Shown here: positions 26,914 through 36,189 of the stretch, one piece after another
Layout: each line of letters starts with the position of its first letter
How positions within the stretch are numbered: position 1 is the first letter of the stretch
Origin: a virus
Taxonomy: Duplodnaviria; Caudoviricetes
Length of the DNA: 44,841 nucleotides
Virus record (IMG/VR): IMGVR_UViG_3300037408_000662
Location: 1 to 44,841 of that record
Direction: 5' to 3' (one strand)
The notes under the pieces: generated by a model
The model's database searches: none
What the model saw: only the letters and a program-made list of their open reading frames with translations
What the model was told of the DNA's origin: nothing
Made by a program: the position numbers and the translations under genes

Positions 26914-27300
26914 TCAGCGCTGGCACCGCACCCGCGTGTCAATCCACTCCCTCGTATCGCTCAGGTGCTCCATCAGCACCCACACCGTGCATACCGGATC
27001 CGTCGCCGGGGCCTTCGGCTTCTGGGAGAAATCCAGATCGATTTCCGAAGCCTCCTGTCCCGTTTCGGTATCGCCATCACACTGGCACTTGTTCGCGATC
27101 ACCTGATTCCGCTTGCTCCACCCAACCGCGCAACTTCCGCCCCAAACGATCAAGACACCGATGGCCAACGCCGTCAGCACGATGCCCACGATCATCCACT
27201 GCCACATGATCTTGCCAATGCTGCCGTCCATGTTCTGATCACCGCCCTTCTCGACAGACAACCGCTCCGTCGGTGCCCGCCCGAATGCCTCCAGATTCAT
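26914..27300 (-). CDS. Membrane protein
   Basis: Hydrophobic helix WMIVGIVLTALAIGVLIVW; Cys-containing C-terminus. Confidence 0.55.
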   Translation of the reverse strand: MNLEAFGRAPTERLSVEKGGDQNMDGSIGKIMWQWMIVGIVLTALAIGVLIVWGGSCAVGWSKRNQVIANKCQCDGDTETGQEASEIDLDFSQKPKAPATDPVCTVWVLMEHLSDTREWIDTRVRCQR

Positions 27301-27848
27301 GGCCCAGTATCGTCCATTCCCCCCTTGATGGCCATTCGGGTCGCCTTCACCGCCGCCTCGATCTGTTCGACCACGAATTCAAACAGCTTGAGCTGGATGT
27401 CCACATCCCAGGATTCATAAGCCGCTTTCAGCTCCTCATCATGCGCCGTCAACGCCTTCTCGAACCCGGCCAATACCGCGTAGTGCCCATGGACCTCGCC
27501 TTGCTCCGCCTGCCACCGTTCGATTGGCGTCCGCTTCTCCGCCCGCTTCCGGCGATGCCGACAGTCCACACACACCATCGTCGCCCACGGCTCGCAGGTA
27601 TGCACCGTTCCGCACTCGGGACAGGCCGCCTGATAGACCCGAGGCGCATGCAACAATGCGATCTCCGCCTTTCGATGCGCCGACAGATCCCGGTAGTCCT
27701 CGCACCCCGTGATCTCCATGGTGTCGTAGGGCGGGATCGCTATCTCGCGCACCCAGGCCCGCGCCGCATCCGTACTCGTCCCGATGCCTGCTGCCGTCGT
27801 CCCGTCCGCAAACGTGATCAGGAACATCCTCGTCTCATGCGTCGTCAT
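27297..27848 (-). CDS. Zn-ribbon hypothetical protein
   Basis: CPECG...CVDC; GAGG RBS. Confidence 0.55.
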   Translation of the reverse strand: MTTHETRMFLITFADGTTAAGIGTSTDAARAWVREIAIPPYDTMEITGCEDYRDLSAHRKAEIALLHAPRVYQAACPECGTVHTCEPWATMVCVDCRHRRKRAEKRTPIERWQAEQGEVHGHYAVLAGFEKALTAHDEELKAAYESWDVDIQLKLFEFVVEQIEAAVKATRMAIKGGMDDTGP

Positions 27849-27870
27849 CGTCGCATCCACCTCTCCAGAA

Positions 27871-28530
27871 TCATCGACGCACTGAACCGCGCCGATCCCC
27901 GGTGACCATGTAGTACAACTGGCACGCCTGACAACACTCCTCATCATCTGGTCCGCGCCCTCCACACGTACACCAAATGTCCACCTCCTGGCTGACCTGC
28001 GCTCGCCACTCTCGTTGCTGAACCAGTCCCTTCCTCACCACCTCTTGCATCCATACCGCCAACGGATAGCAGGCCACATTCGTTTCCTGCGTCAACATCC
28101 TATGGATCGTCGTCTCTCCTGCCTCCAACATTGACTGATTGCGTCGTATGTCACTTGACAACGCATCCAGTCCCATCCCCGTATTAACCGCTTGGGCAAT
28201 CTGCATCTGCCGATCCCGTATCCACGTCTTGGTGATTTCCCTGTCGACAAGGACCGTCCCGTCGTTCTTCACGATGTCCTCATCCGCCGCGCCACGTATG
28301 GGAACCACCTCCACGCAAAAGGGTATCCCGTCATGCGTACAGACCCGCATCGCCGATTCCAAGGCGACAAACACTGGACACCCATCCGAGGTGTCGCGAT
28401 GCCGGACTGGCAGATTGTTTTCATCAAACACGCGAAACACCTGCCAGCGTCGAATGTCCGCCAACTGAACCGCTTGCCACAACCCATCGTCGTTCAGCGC
28501 CTCGACTCGCCACCGATCATCGAAGATCAT
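27871..28530 (-). CDS. Modular hypothetical protein
   Basis: GGAGG RBS; N-domain shared with 30180..30425, C-terminal module shared with 42268..42747. Confidence 0.6.
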   Translation of the reverse strand: MIFDDRWRVEALNDDGLWQAVQLADIRRWQVFRVFDENNLPVRHRDTSDGCPVFVALESAMRVCTHDGIPFCVEVVPIRGAADEDIVKNDGTVLVDREITKTWIRDRQMQIAQAVNTGMGLDALSSDIRRNQSMLEAGETTIHRMLTQETNVACYPLAVWMQEVVRKGLVQQREWRAQVSQEVDIWCTCGGRGPDDEECCQACQLYYMVTGDRRGSVRR

Positions 28531-28551
28531 CGGTCGCCTCCCCCATCTCAT

Positions 28552-28875
28552 TCACCTGTGTCTCTTAATGCTAATGGCCCTGTTGACATCATCGATGAGC
28601 TTATAGCAACTCTGGCACCGATTATAACACTCCCGCGCATCGCAATTAAATAGGCACTGCCCCCCTTCAGATAACGCCATGTCGCGCTCTTGGTAAACCG
28701 CCATATCGCACATCTGCTGTTCCGCGATGGCTGCGTCTAACTGCGCTTGTACCGCCGATAGACGATCTGCAAGCATCTGGTTGTTGTCTCGCAAATGCAC
28801 AATGTACGACGAGGCAATATACGCCGGTATGCCCAGCAACACGACGCTTAGAAACACAATGACAATCAACCTCAT
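28552..28875 (-). CDS. Membrane-anchored coiled-coil protein
   Basis: N-terminal TM, coiled coil, Cys-rich tail; GAGG RBS; lower GC. Confidence 0.55.
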   Translation of the reverse strand: MRLIVIVFLSVVLLGIPAYIASSYIVHLRDNNQMLADRLSAVQAQLDAAIAEQQMCDMAVYQERDMALSEGGQCLFNCDARECYNRCQSCYKLIDDVNRAISIKRHR

Positions 28876-28903
28876 GGACACCTCGTTTCGATTGAAATCT
28901 GCC

Positions 28904-29203
28904 TCATCTCCGCCGCTCCCTCTCGACCTCGTCTGGAGTCGGCACTCTCCCCTCCCGTCGAAACGTGTTCAACGCCGAACAACACCCCTCGCCCGCATAG
29001 AGCGCCACCGCATACCGCCCGCTCATGCGGATCAACTGGCACCGCCATCGCTGCCCGTCCCAGACGAGCTGCTTACAGTCGCCACCCGACTCGCACTCAC
29101 CGTAAATGCAAGGTGCTTTTCGGCAACAGAAGCCACACCCTATGCACGGCTTCGCGCCCGGATACAGCGGCACCACACCAGCCTCATCGTCCGTCACTCC
29201 CAT
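28904..29203 (-). CDS. CxxCxxCC (YkgJ-like) metal/Fe-S cluster protein
   Basis: CIGCGFCC...C...CKQL...RC motif. Confidence 0.55.
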   Translation of the reverse strand: MGVTDDEAGVVPLYPGAKPCIGCGFCCRKAPCIYGECESGGDCKQLVWDGQRWRCQLIRMSGRYAVALYAGEGCCSALNTFRREGRVPTPDEVERERRR

Positions 29204-29430
29204 GGGATCAATCGCTCCTGCATCTCATCCGACAGCCAGTCCCGGAGATTATCGATCTCGTACGCGGCATCCTCGGATAATCCCCCATGATCCGCTCGTG
29301 TCCGCAGACGCTCGCCCAGATCGCACAGCAGCGCGTGCATCGCCTCCGCCCGCAAAACCAGATCCAGCCGTCGTTGCTCATCAAACGCCAGCACCGCGCT
29401 GTCCAGGTCAAAGGTCAGCGTCACCTTCAT
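29194..29430 (-). CDS. Small hypothetical protein (MKVTLTFDL)
   Basis: ATGA-coupled; GGAG RBS. Confidence 0.6.
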   Translation of the reverse strand: MKVTLTFDLDSAVLAFDEQRRLDLVLRAEAMHALLCDLGERLRTRADHGGLSEDAAYEIDNLRDWLSDEMQERLIPWE

Positions 29431-29909
29431 GGATGGCTCCTCTGGCACGCGCCGCTGTTCACCGGATACTTGCAGATCGGACACAAGCCTGCCTTCTCTT
29501 CTGCCAGTCGCGCCCGTAGCTTGTCCAGCGCCCGCCGCCGGTTCAAGTGGTAGGAGCCCCGCTCACTGCTCTCCATTACGATCCCCGACGGCACATGCAG
29601 GATGCGCACAGCATTCGCGGGATCTCCCACGCTACCCATCGACCGCCAACGCTCGATGCGGAGATCCTCCTCGGGAAAGTCGATCAACTCTGGCATAGTG
29701 GTCCCTCCAAATAAAATGCGAGCCTGCGTCACCGCCTCCTCGCGATTCAACCAGGTCGGCCACCACGCCACATGCGTACAGCCCGCATAGATCGCCAACT
29801 GCGTCAACGCCACCTGCACACGGGAATTCAATCGCCCGAACTCCTCCACAGACAGCGCCGCGCACACCTCCTGTGCCGTCAAGTGCAAGGCCCGATGTTG
29901 CTCGTCCAT
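29427..29909 (-). CDS. Class I release factor domain-3-like protein lacking GGQ
   Basis: EDLRIERWRSMGSVGDPANAVRILHVPSGIVMESSERGSYHLNRRRALDKLRARL follows the RF-1 domain pattern. Confidence 0.7.
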   Translation of the reverse strand: MDEQHRALHLTAQEVCAALSVEEFGRLNSRVQVALTQLAIYAGCTHVAWWPTWLNREEAVTQARILFGGTTMPELIDFPEEDLRIERWRSMGSVGDPANAVRILHVPSGIVMESSERGSYHLNRRRALDKLRARLAEEKAGLCPICKYPVNSGACQRSHP

Positions 29910-29911
29910 GA

Positions 29912-30196
29912 TCAATTCACTGCTCCTCTGCGCCACCCGTCGTTGAAAAAATTATTCGCATGCGCTACGGGACGCTCCGGCTCCCAAGTCCGCACAGACG
30001 TTCTTCCCCACCACCCCCGCTGTCCCGCTTGGCACGTCCCCGGATCGGCCGACCCCGGATCGTCTTCCAACAACTCTGCGTAAATATGACACCCCCGCGC
30101 AAATAACAGTCGCGCCGCCACGAATCGTGATCGTCCCACACCATCATGACGATCAATGGCTCCCCGGCGCAGCCAGAACTTAGTCCCGAACCGCAT
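29912..30196 (-). CDS. Hypothetical protein
   Basis: Packed ORF; GAGG upstream. Confidence 0.5.
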   Translation of the reverse strand: MRFGTKFWLRRGAIDRHDGVGRSRFVAARLLFARGCHIYAELLEDDPGSADPGTCQAGQRGWWGRTSVRTWEPERPVAHANNFFNDGWRRGAVN

Positions 30197-30425
30197 GATC
30201 CACCTCGACCGGCTCCGCGTCGATGACCGCTACGCCATCCTCGCGTACGCTCCCATCGCTGGCCGCCCGGAACATCTCCGCACCGTTGGGATCGTCATTC
30301 CACCGCACGAACACCCCGTCCGGCTCCCGCAGGCGGAAGACCTGTCCCGCTGCTACATCCTGCAACCGGCACGGACACCACTGCCCGTTGATCTGCACCT
30401 CGGCCGCCCGCATCTTCACGTTCAT
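30180..30425 (-). CDS. Hypothetical protein, paralog of the 27871..28530 N-domain
   Basis: GQW..C.LQDV..GQVFRL motif; ATGA coupling. Confidence 0.55.
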   Translation of the reverse strand: MNVKMRAAEVQINGQWCPCRLQDVAAGQVFRLREPDGVFVRWNDDPNGAEMFRAASDGSVREDGVAVIDAEPVEVDHAVRD

Positions 30426-30721
30426 GACCGATCCTCGCTTGCATCCTTCTTCGCCGCCGCACACGTCGCGCAGTACGCCCGCCCGTTGTCCGGCAAAAGC
30501 CCCGATACTTTTTTCCGAGGCCCACGACACGGCAGATACCCCACCACTGGGATCGCCTCGTACTCGACCACCGTCGCCCGCGCTCCGCACCGCTCGCACA
30601 CCGGCTCATGGAAGCAACACGCCACCTGATCCTCCTCCACCGGCACCGCGCACTCCGGCAACAGCTTCAGGCACTTTTCGTCCTGGTAATGACCGCACGT
30701 CTTACACGTCGCTGGACGCAT
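30422..30721 (-). CDS. Cys-rich Zn-finger protein
   Basis: CKTC, CERC and CATC motifs. Confidence 0.55.
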   Translation of the reverse strand: MRPATCKTCGHYQDEKCLKLLPECAVPVEEDQVACCFHEPVCERCGARATVVEYEAIPVVGYLPCRGPRKKVSGLLPDNGRAYCATCAAAKKDASEDRS

Positions 30722-31196
30722 CTGATCTCTCCACAATCTCTCGCAAGACGCACAGCACTTCCTGCAAGACATCCAACCGTTGCCGCGCCGCTTCGCGCAT
30801 ACCGGGATCCACGGACATGAGTTCGCTCCGCAACTGTTCGCACAGACCGAGGTCATTCTTGTCCTCCAGCCAATCGGCGAGGAGCGCCTGTACGTCCGTC
30901 AACGGCTCCGCCTTCTCCACCTCGAACCCGCCGTCTGCTTCTCCATAGTAATCTACATCGCCCCAGAGGTATCCTTCGACCACCCACAACCCCGACTTCA
31001 AATCGTCCCAGTCCTTCAGCCCTAACAAATAGTCCAAGCCGCACTGGCTCACGTCCTCGTGAAACCAATCCGCATCGCACAACCGGCCCTTTCCCAGTCG
31101 CTCAATGGACGCCACCATCGCCACTACGCTACTCATATCCAAGCCATCATCTACATCCACATCGATCACCAGCCGAATATTTCCACTCCTGTACAT
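30702..31196 (-). CDS. Acidic hypothetical protein
   Basis: GGAG RBS; packed. Confidence 0.55.
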   Translation of the reverse strand: MYRSGNIRLVIDVDVDDGLDMSSVVAMVASIERLGKGRLCDADWFHEDVSQCGLDYLLGLKDWDDLKSGLWVVEGYLWGDVDYYGEADGGFEVEKAEPLTDVQALLADWLEDKNDLGLCEQLRSELMSVDPGMREAARQRLDVLQEVLCVLREIVERSDASSDV

Positions 31197-31198
31197 GG

Positions 31199-31384
31199 CT
31201 ACTCCCACTCCTCTCTCCGGTCATACCCGTGGCGATAACGCTCGCAGGCCCGGCTGTTCGCGTGCGCAGGCACTTCAGGAGCATCGATCCGGCATCGCCC
31301 GTAACGCGGCGGCCACTTCACATGCTCGCCCTTGCCGCGCTCGTAATGACTACACGTCCGACAGACGCGATCAGGCTGTGCCAT
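31199..31384 (-). CDS. Small Cys-containing protein
   Basis: CRTC..Y...GRC...C pattern. Confidence 0.5.
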   Translation of the reverse strand: MAQPDRVCRTCSHYERGKGEHVKWPPRYGRCRIDAPEVPAHANSRACERYRHGYDRREEWE

Positions 31385-32075
31385 GGTCCACTCCCGCAAA
31401 TGTATACCCCCAGCGACCCACCCGCTGAAGTACAGGCTGCCCCCGATCCCGAGGCAGCCGCGTATTGCTCACCCCGAGGTGCCCCTCCAGCAACCTCCGA
31501 AAGGCCCCCTCGTGCTGAGCATCGCCCTCAGTGCGCATGTAGTTCGGACGGCCCGCGTCCACCGCTCGCGCGATGTCCCGTACGCCGAACGCGCCGTAGC
31601 CGTTGTCCCGCCACCACTGGAACACCCCGCGCAAGGTCAGGAACCCCTTGGGCGCCGCGTAGAAGCAGTGATGCTGCCACGAATGGTCCCGATGCGCGGT
31701 GCCCGCCACGTCCCCGTCCCAGCTCACGATGATCCCCATCTCGGGCGCTCGGCACCCCAGTCCCGACGGCGGACTCGCCGCGATCCGCTCGTCCTGCCAG
31801 CAGATCGTCATGCACCCGATGGCCCGAATGAAACCCGGTCCCGTCCGCTGACCGAACGGATCAAGCCCGCTCACGTGCACAGCGCTGTCCAGTAAGCACA
31901 CCTGCGCCACTCCCAGGATGTCCCGCACATCGGGGTGGTCATCGGTCACCGGCACCACAGCGATGTCGCAGACGTGGCCTATGATGCTCTGTTCCCGGAA
32001 GACCCCGTAGATCCGTGCATCCCCCACCGCCTCGGGCGGCACCGTGTACTTGGACCCGCGATCTAGCGTCGTCAT
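31371..32075 (-). CDS. Hypothetical protein
   Basis: GAGGGGAG RBS; ATGA coupling. Confidence 0.55.
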   Translation of the reverse strand: MTTLDRGSKYTVPPEAVGDARIYGVFREQSIIGHVCDIAVVPVTDDHPDVRDILGVAQVCLLDSAVHVSGLDPFGQRTGPGFIRAIGCMTICWQDERIAASPPSGLGCRAPEMGIIVSWDGDVAGTAHRDHSWQHHCFYAAPKGFLTLRGVFQWWRDNGYGAFGVRDIARAVDAGRPNYMRTEGDAQHEGAFRRLLEGHLGVSNTRLPRDRGQPVLQRVGRWGYTFAGVDHGTA

Positions 32076-32383
32076 TTTCTCCCCTCAATATATTCAAGAG
32101 ACTCGTCCTGGAATTGCTGCAATTCGTCCTGGATGCCCGCCGCGAACCAGTCCCCCTGGCTGCTCATCAGCACGCGCCGCCCGCAGGTTGAGCACCGCCC
32201 CGTCATGCTGCACCCGTCGAACCCCAGGGCGGCCCCGTTGCCGTCGTGCCAGTCCATGTGGTCGCAACACCACCGCCGCACCCGCCGGTTCAGGCTGGCC
32301 ACAATCGCGAGCAATAGGAAGACAGAGAAAAGCGCCGTGAAGAACACGACTATCACCAGGATCACGATCTGCAATGCGTTCAC
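32072..32383 (-). CDS. Membrane protein with Zn-binding tail
   Basis: GTG start; long hydrophobic helix; C..H..H...C..C.C. Confidence 0.55.
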   Translation of the reverse strand: MNALQIVILVIVVFFTALFSVFLLLAIVASLNRRVRRWCCDHMDWHDGNGAALGFDGCSMTGRCSTCGRRVLMSSQGDWFAAGIQDELQQFQDESLEYIEGRK

Positions 32384-32385
32384 GT

Positions 32386-32598
32386 CTAATCCTTCCACCC
32401 AAGGTCTATGTCGTCTGGCCCGCGCGGGTTCGGGTCGAACGCCTCGCGCCCGCCCGGCTCGTTCCATGGGTAAGTGCCCCGGCAATCTGGATACTGTGGA
32501 CAGCCCCAGAAGAGGTTGCCGTCCCGCTGTCTGAAGCGCGCAACCATATCCGCCCCGCACCGTGGGCAGCGTGGAGCTTGAACAGGATCACCGATCAT
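32386..32598 (-). CDS. Stand-alone topoisomerase C4 Zn-ribbon protein
   Basis: CPRCGADMVAR...GNLFWGCPQYPDCRGT. Confidence 0.8.
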   Translation of the reverse strand: MIGDPVQAPRCPRCGADMVARFRQRDGNLFWGCPQYPDCRGTYPWNEPGGREAFDPNPRGPDDIDLGWKD

Positions 32599-32882
32599 GA
32601 CTTCTCCTTGCTCATATCTTCCGGGTATGCCAGCGCCACCAAGGCGTCGACGATCCGCTTGATGTCCCAATCTTCAGGCGGAGCCGAATCAGACCTATCC
32701 TCGTACAGGCCCCTGGCCCGCCCCAACTGCAACGACAGCGACGATGGTTCCCTGCCATCGCCCTCCCTCGTGCGCACTTGAATCTCGTACATCAGGCTTA
32801 ATCGGTAGCACCGCGCCCTGAATTCCCTTTCGGACTCCGCGAGCGTCCGCCTATTTGGCCTTATTCGCATCTGCATCACCAT
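32595..32882 (-). CDS. Hypothetical protein, tandem paralog B (start uncertain)
   Basis: F.ARCYR...EI...GRA..L.E...PPEDWDI.RIV..LVALAYPE. Confidence 0.6.
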   Translation of the reverse strand: MVMQMRIRPNRRTLAESEREFRARCYRLSLMYEIQVRTREGDGREPSSLSLQLGRARGLYEDRSDSAPPEDWDIKRIVDALVALAYPEDMSKEKS

Positions 32883-33144
32883 CGCGTCCATCCGTCGCCA
32901 ACTCCGGGTACGCCAGCGCGACCAGGGTGCCGACGATCCGCTCGATGTCCCAATCTCCCGGCGGGCTCGATCCCGTCGCCTTCTCAAACAGGTACTCGGC
33001 CCGCCCGCGCCGCAACCACCGTGGTGCCCGCTGCGTGTGCGGTCCCGCCCCCGTGTGCATGTGGATCTCGCGCCGCAACCGCTCCCGGTAGCACCGCGCC
33101 CCAAAGGTCGCATCGTCCTCGTCCGCCCGTCGTCGCACCGGCAC
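32851..33144 (-). CDS. Hypothetical protein, tandem paralog A
   Basis: Same motif; GGAGG RBS after a palindrome copy. Confidence 0.6.
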   Translation of the reverse strand: MPVRRRADEDDATFGARCYRERLRREIHMHTGAGPHTQRAPRWLRRGRAEYLFEKATGSSPPGDWDIERIVGTLVALAYPELATDGRDGDADANKAK

Positions 33145-33158
33145 CCTGCACCTCCGTC

Positions 33159-33178
33159 ACGCGAACCCGGGTTCGCGT
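33159..33178. repeat. Palindrome copy (perfect) before an RBS
   Basis: ACGCGAACCCGGGTTCGCGT followed on the minus strand by GACGGAGG. Confidence 0.75.
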
Positions 33179-33603
33179 CAGTGCTCGAAGATTCGTCGCA
33201 CCGTCCGCCCCCGTCGATAGGGGCCGTTGTCCTGTCCATCCCCGCTGTAGGCCAGGGACCACCCGCGATAGGTCGGCGACGCCTGTCGTCCGCCGCTCGC
33301 CACGCACATGGCCACGTCCTCCGCGTTCTCGCAGGCCACGCAGGGGTACTCCGCATGCGAGGTCGGCGCCTGACCGCAGGCGGGACACGCGGGCAACGCC
33401 AGGAAACAGGAGACGCAGTACGCTCCCGCCGCCGTCTCCCGGATCTCCGCATCTGCCGTCTGCGCCTTGAGCGTATTCTTCCCCACGCGCCGCGCGGCGG
33501 AGTCCGCAACGCACCCCCGACAGACTTCCCCATGAATGACCGGCGCCTCGGCCCATTGCGCCGCCCACGTCCGCGCCCACGTCTTCGCACTCATCCCAGT
33601 CAT
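33178..33603 (-). CDS. Multi-CxxC Zn-finger protein
   Basis: CRGC, CVSC, CPAC and CVAC motifs; ATGA coupling. Confidence 0.55.
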   Translation of the reverse strand: MTGMSAKTWARTWAAQWAEAPVIHGEVCRGCVADSAARRVGKNTLKAQTADAEIRETAAGAYCVSCFLALPACPACGQAPTSHAEYPCVACENAEDVAMCVASGGRQASPTYRGWSLAYSGDGQDNGPYRRGRTVRRIFEH

Positions 33604-33851
33604 CCGCGAACACCCTCCCGATCTCGCTGCCGATTCCGCCGACAGCTCGCACATTGCCACTGCCCATCGAAGTCCGGCGCGTCAGGATTTGCCTGCACCC
33701 GCGCCCACTTGTCCGCCAGCATCGACGGCACCACGGACGACTGTCCGCACCGGCTCAGCGCCGCCCAGAAGGTCGTCCCGTCCGGTCGCGTGATGCGCTC
33801 GTGCCAGTGCGCAGGCCGGTCTCCCCGCACGCTGTACCAGATGCCCGTCAT
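33600..33851 (-). CDS. Small His/Cys protein
   Basis: H...CG...CASC; ATGA-coupled at both ends. Confidence 0.5.
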   Translation of the reverse strand: MTGIWYSVRGDRPAHWHERITRPDGTTFWAALSRCGQSSVVPSMLADKWARVQANPDAPDFDGQWQCASCRRNRQRDREGVRG

Positions 33852-34399
33852 GCCGGATCTTTCCGTTTCGCCGACGCCGCCTGGTCCGCCATCTCCTGGA
33901 TGGTCTTCCACCCGTCCAACAGACGCCGGTATCCCCGTATCCGAAACAGGACATCGCCATGCACCGGCAAGCGGTCTTCGTAAGCGAGGAGGACCGTTAA
34001 GGCATCCCGCCGCGCCATATCGAGATCCTTGCGGAGCTGTTCGATCTGCGCCTGCGCCGCGATCTGCGCATAGCACAACTCTGAGTGGAACCGCTCCCGC
34101 TCCGCCGCAATCTGCTGGATCAGCACCCGCGCCCCCGCCAGCTCCGCTCGCAACGCAGCCTCCTTGTCGCGCACCACCCGCAGTTCATCCTCCAACTCCG
34201 ACGCATCCGGCCGATGGAGGATCGCCCGAATCCGATACTCCTCCGGCATCGACTGCGCATCCTCCGAATCTGGTCCCCAGATCACGCCTAACTGTCCATT
34301 CGCAAAACGCATCACCACGCAGCATCGATCATCCTCGGCCACCGCGTTGACCCGATGGCCGACCCGCAACCACCCGAACTCCATCTCGTGATCGATCAT
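33848..34399 (-). CDS. Coiled-coil protein sharing its N-domain with 43710..44687
   Basis: MIDHEMEFGWL...IWGP. Confidence 0.6.
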   Translation of the reverse strand: MIDHEMEFGWLRVGHRVNAVAEDDRCCVVMRFANGQLGVIWGPDSEDAQSMPEEYRIRAILHRPDASELEDELRVVRDKEAALRAELAGARVLIQQIAAERERFHSELCYAQIAAQAQIEQLRKDLDMARRDALTVLLAYEDRLPVHGDVLFRIRGYRRLLDGWKTIQEMADQAASAKRKDPA

Positions 34400-35139
34400 G
34401 GCTTTTCGTTCCCGTCCCGTCGCAAGCTCGCATCCATCGCCAGCAACGCATCGATATGCGCTTGCGATGTTCCAACTTCAACCCACGTTGTTTCTTGAAC
34501 CTGCCCCTGCCGAAGCGCACACGTGGGATCAGGCGGAACCTCGACCAGGGATGTCTCCAGGTACTTCACGCGCCCCACCAACTCAGACAACTCCCGCTCC
34601 TGTGCGAGCGCCTCTGCCACGGGTGTCCCGATACTTCCCCGCCACGCCGCCCGCAGGACTTCCGCTGCCTGCCGGACGTGCCCCGCAATGATCTGGTCGT
34701 CCTCGGGCAGTATCTGCGCCATGGCCGCGCCCAGCTCCCCACATGCGTCCCCCGCCGCCGACCGCAACGTGGCGATCTGCCGCTCGGCATCACGTTGCTT
34801 GGCCGTCCACCGCCGATCCAAGTCCTGCGTGATCCGCAACTGGTCCTCGTACCGCTCCCGCCAGGCCCGCGCCGTCTCGTGCTCCGCATCCCGCTGCGTC
34901 ACGAGCCGCGCCAGCGCCGCCGCATGGGCGCGCTCCTCCTGTTCATGTGCCTTCCGCGCCGCGATCAGCGCGGTATCATAGGCCGATTCCCAGACCATTG
35001 CCGCCAACTGCTCTCCCACGATCCACCGACACGTGTTGTTGGGGTCCAGGTTCGCCAACGACTCTTCACGATCCCGCGCACATTGCGTGCGTGCCTGTTC
35101 CGCGTCCTCGATATGCAACACAAGGCCCTGTACGCTCAT
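34396..35139 (-). CDS. Coiled-coil hypothetical protein
   Basis: GGAGG RBS; ATGA coupling. Confidence 0.6.
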   Translation of the reverse strand: MSVQGLVLHIEDAEQARTQCARDREESLANLDPNNTCRWIVGEQLAAMVWESAYDTALIAARKAHEQEERAHAAALARLVTQRDAEHETARAWRERYEDQLRITQDLDRRWTAKQRDAERQIATLRSAAGDACGELGAAMAQILPEDDQIIAGHVRQAAEVLRAAWRGSIGTPVAEALAQERELSELVGRVKYLETSLVEVPPDPTCALRQGQVQETTWVEVGTSQAHIDALLAMDASLRRDGNEKP

Positions 35140-35507
35140 GGCTTCACCTCCTCGCGGTAGTCGATCCGGTGTTCCCCCAACGGCGGCTCACCCCGCCGCT
35201 TACCCAGGCGATCATGCGGAAGCTCCCGCCCGATCTCCCGCGCCGCCGCCTTCAACGGTCCCCACTCGTGGTGGTTCGAGGAGCATTCCCAAAGGTCCAA
35301 CAGACGCGCGTATAGCATATCGGCCGATTCATCGACCGGCTCAATGGTCACCCGCCAGCGGCGCACTTTCACCTCATCGTTCCCTACGCTAGGAACCCCA
35401 TTTCTCAAATGATCCACATTGTATGGCTTCGGCCGCCAGTACGTCTCGAAAGCATACCGTTCTGGATCGGCAGGGATCGCGTCACGCTTGGTTGGCTTCG
35501 CCATCAC
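35136..35507 (-). CDS. Hypothetical protein
   Basis: GAGGAG RBS; packed. Confidence 0.55.
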   Translation of the reverse strand: MMAKPTKRDAIPADPERYAFETYWRPKPYNVDHLRNGVPSVGNDEVKVRRWRVTIEPVDESADMLYARLLDLWECSSNHHEWGPLKAAAREIGRELPHDRLGKRRGEPPLGEHRIDYREEVKP

Positions 35508-35719
35508 ATCTCCTCAGCCGGTTCCCATTTCCACTGATCACGCGCGGGCCAAGCCACGTTCACAGACAGGTCTGGCGGGATGATCGGATGCCCGCTGAAG
35601 TCGAACTTGATCTTCTCCGCCTGCTCTCCGGCCATCTCGTCCGCCAGTTCCTCATCGTCGGCTTCCACCTCGAACTCCAAACTCACGCTCGCCACCGCGA
35701 TCACTCGATACTTCGGCAT
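35504..35719 (-). CDS. Small acidic protein (DpnD/PcfM-like V.A...E.A pattern)
   Basis: MPKYRV...FEVEADDEELA; GAGGAGG RBS. Confidence 0.5.
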   Translation of the reverse strand: MPKYRVIAVASVSLEFEVEADDEELADEMAGEQAEKIKFDFSGHPIIPPDLSVNVAWPARDQWKWEPAEEM

Positions 35720-35721
35720 GA

Positions 35722-36189
35722 TCAATCCTCCTCTCGGTTCTGTTTCTCTTGCATCACGTCCCACACCAGCTTCATGGCAACCTCGGTCGCCGCCGCCCAC
35801 GCCGCATCCCACACAGCATCCGCCAACTCCTGTGGCATCCACGGTTTCGGCTGAGCCAGTATCCGGCCCAACGCCGGAATCCGACAGCCAACACCGCGCT
35901 CAATCATCTTGCGGCGATACGGATACAACGCCGCGTCCTGCATCTCCCTGCGCCGCGCCTCCCGCTTTCGCATCACCAGGAACCGAATCTCTTCCGTTGT
36001 GACCTGCTTCCGCATCCAGGACAGCCGCAAGCGCTCCAACTGCCCCAGCTCCGCGTCGGTCAGCCAAGCCGTCTCGGGTTGATTCGTCCGGGCGTGGGGA
36101 GACCTGTTTTCGGAATCATATTGCGCCATTCGCGCCACGCCCCGCGCCACTATCACGTCTATGGCGCGCTCAATCATCCCCGGACTCAT
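35722..36189 (-). CDS. Hypothetical protein
   Basis: ATGA-coupled to the methyltransferase gene. Confidence 0.55.
   Translation of the reverse strand: MSPGMIERAIDVIVARGVARMAQYDSENRSPHARTNQPETAWLTDAELGQLERLRLSWMRKQVTTEEIRFLVMRKREARRREMQDAALYPYRRKMIERGVGCRIPALGRILAQPKPWMPQELADAVWDAAWAAATEVAMKLVWDVMQEKQNREED

Noticed and set aside
28552-28875. Spanin/lysis cassette
   Set aside because: TM plus coiled coil fits an i-spanin, but no endolysin or lipoprotein partner is nearby
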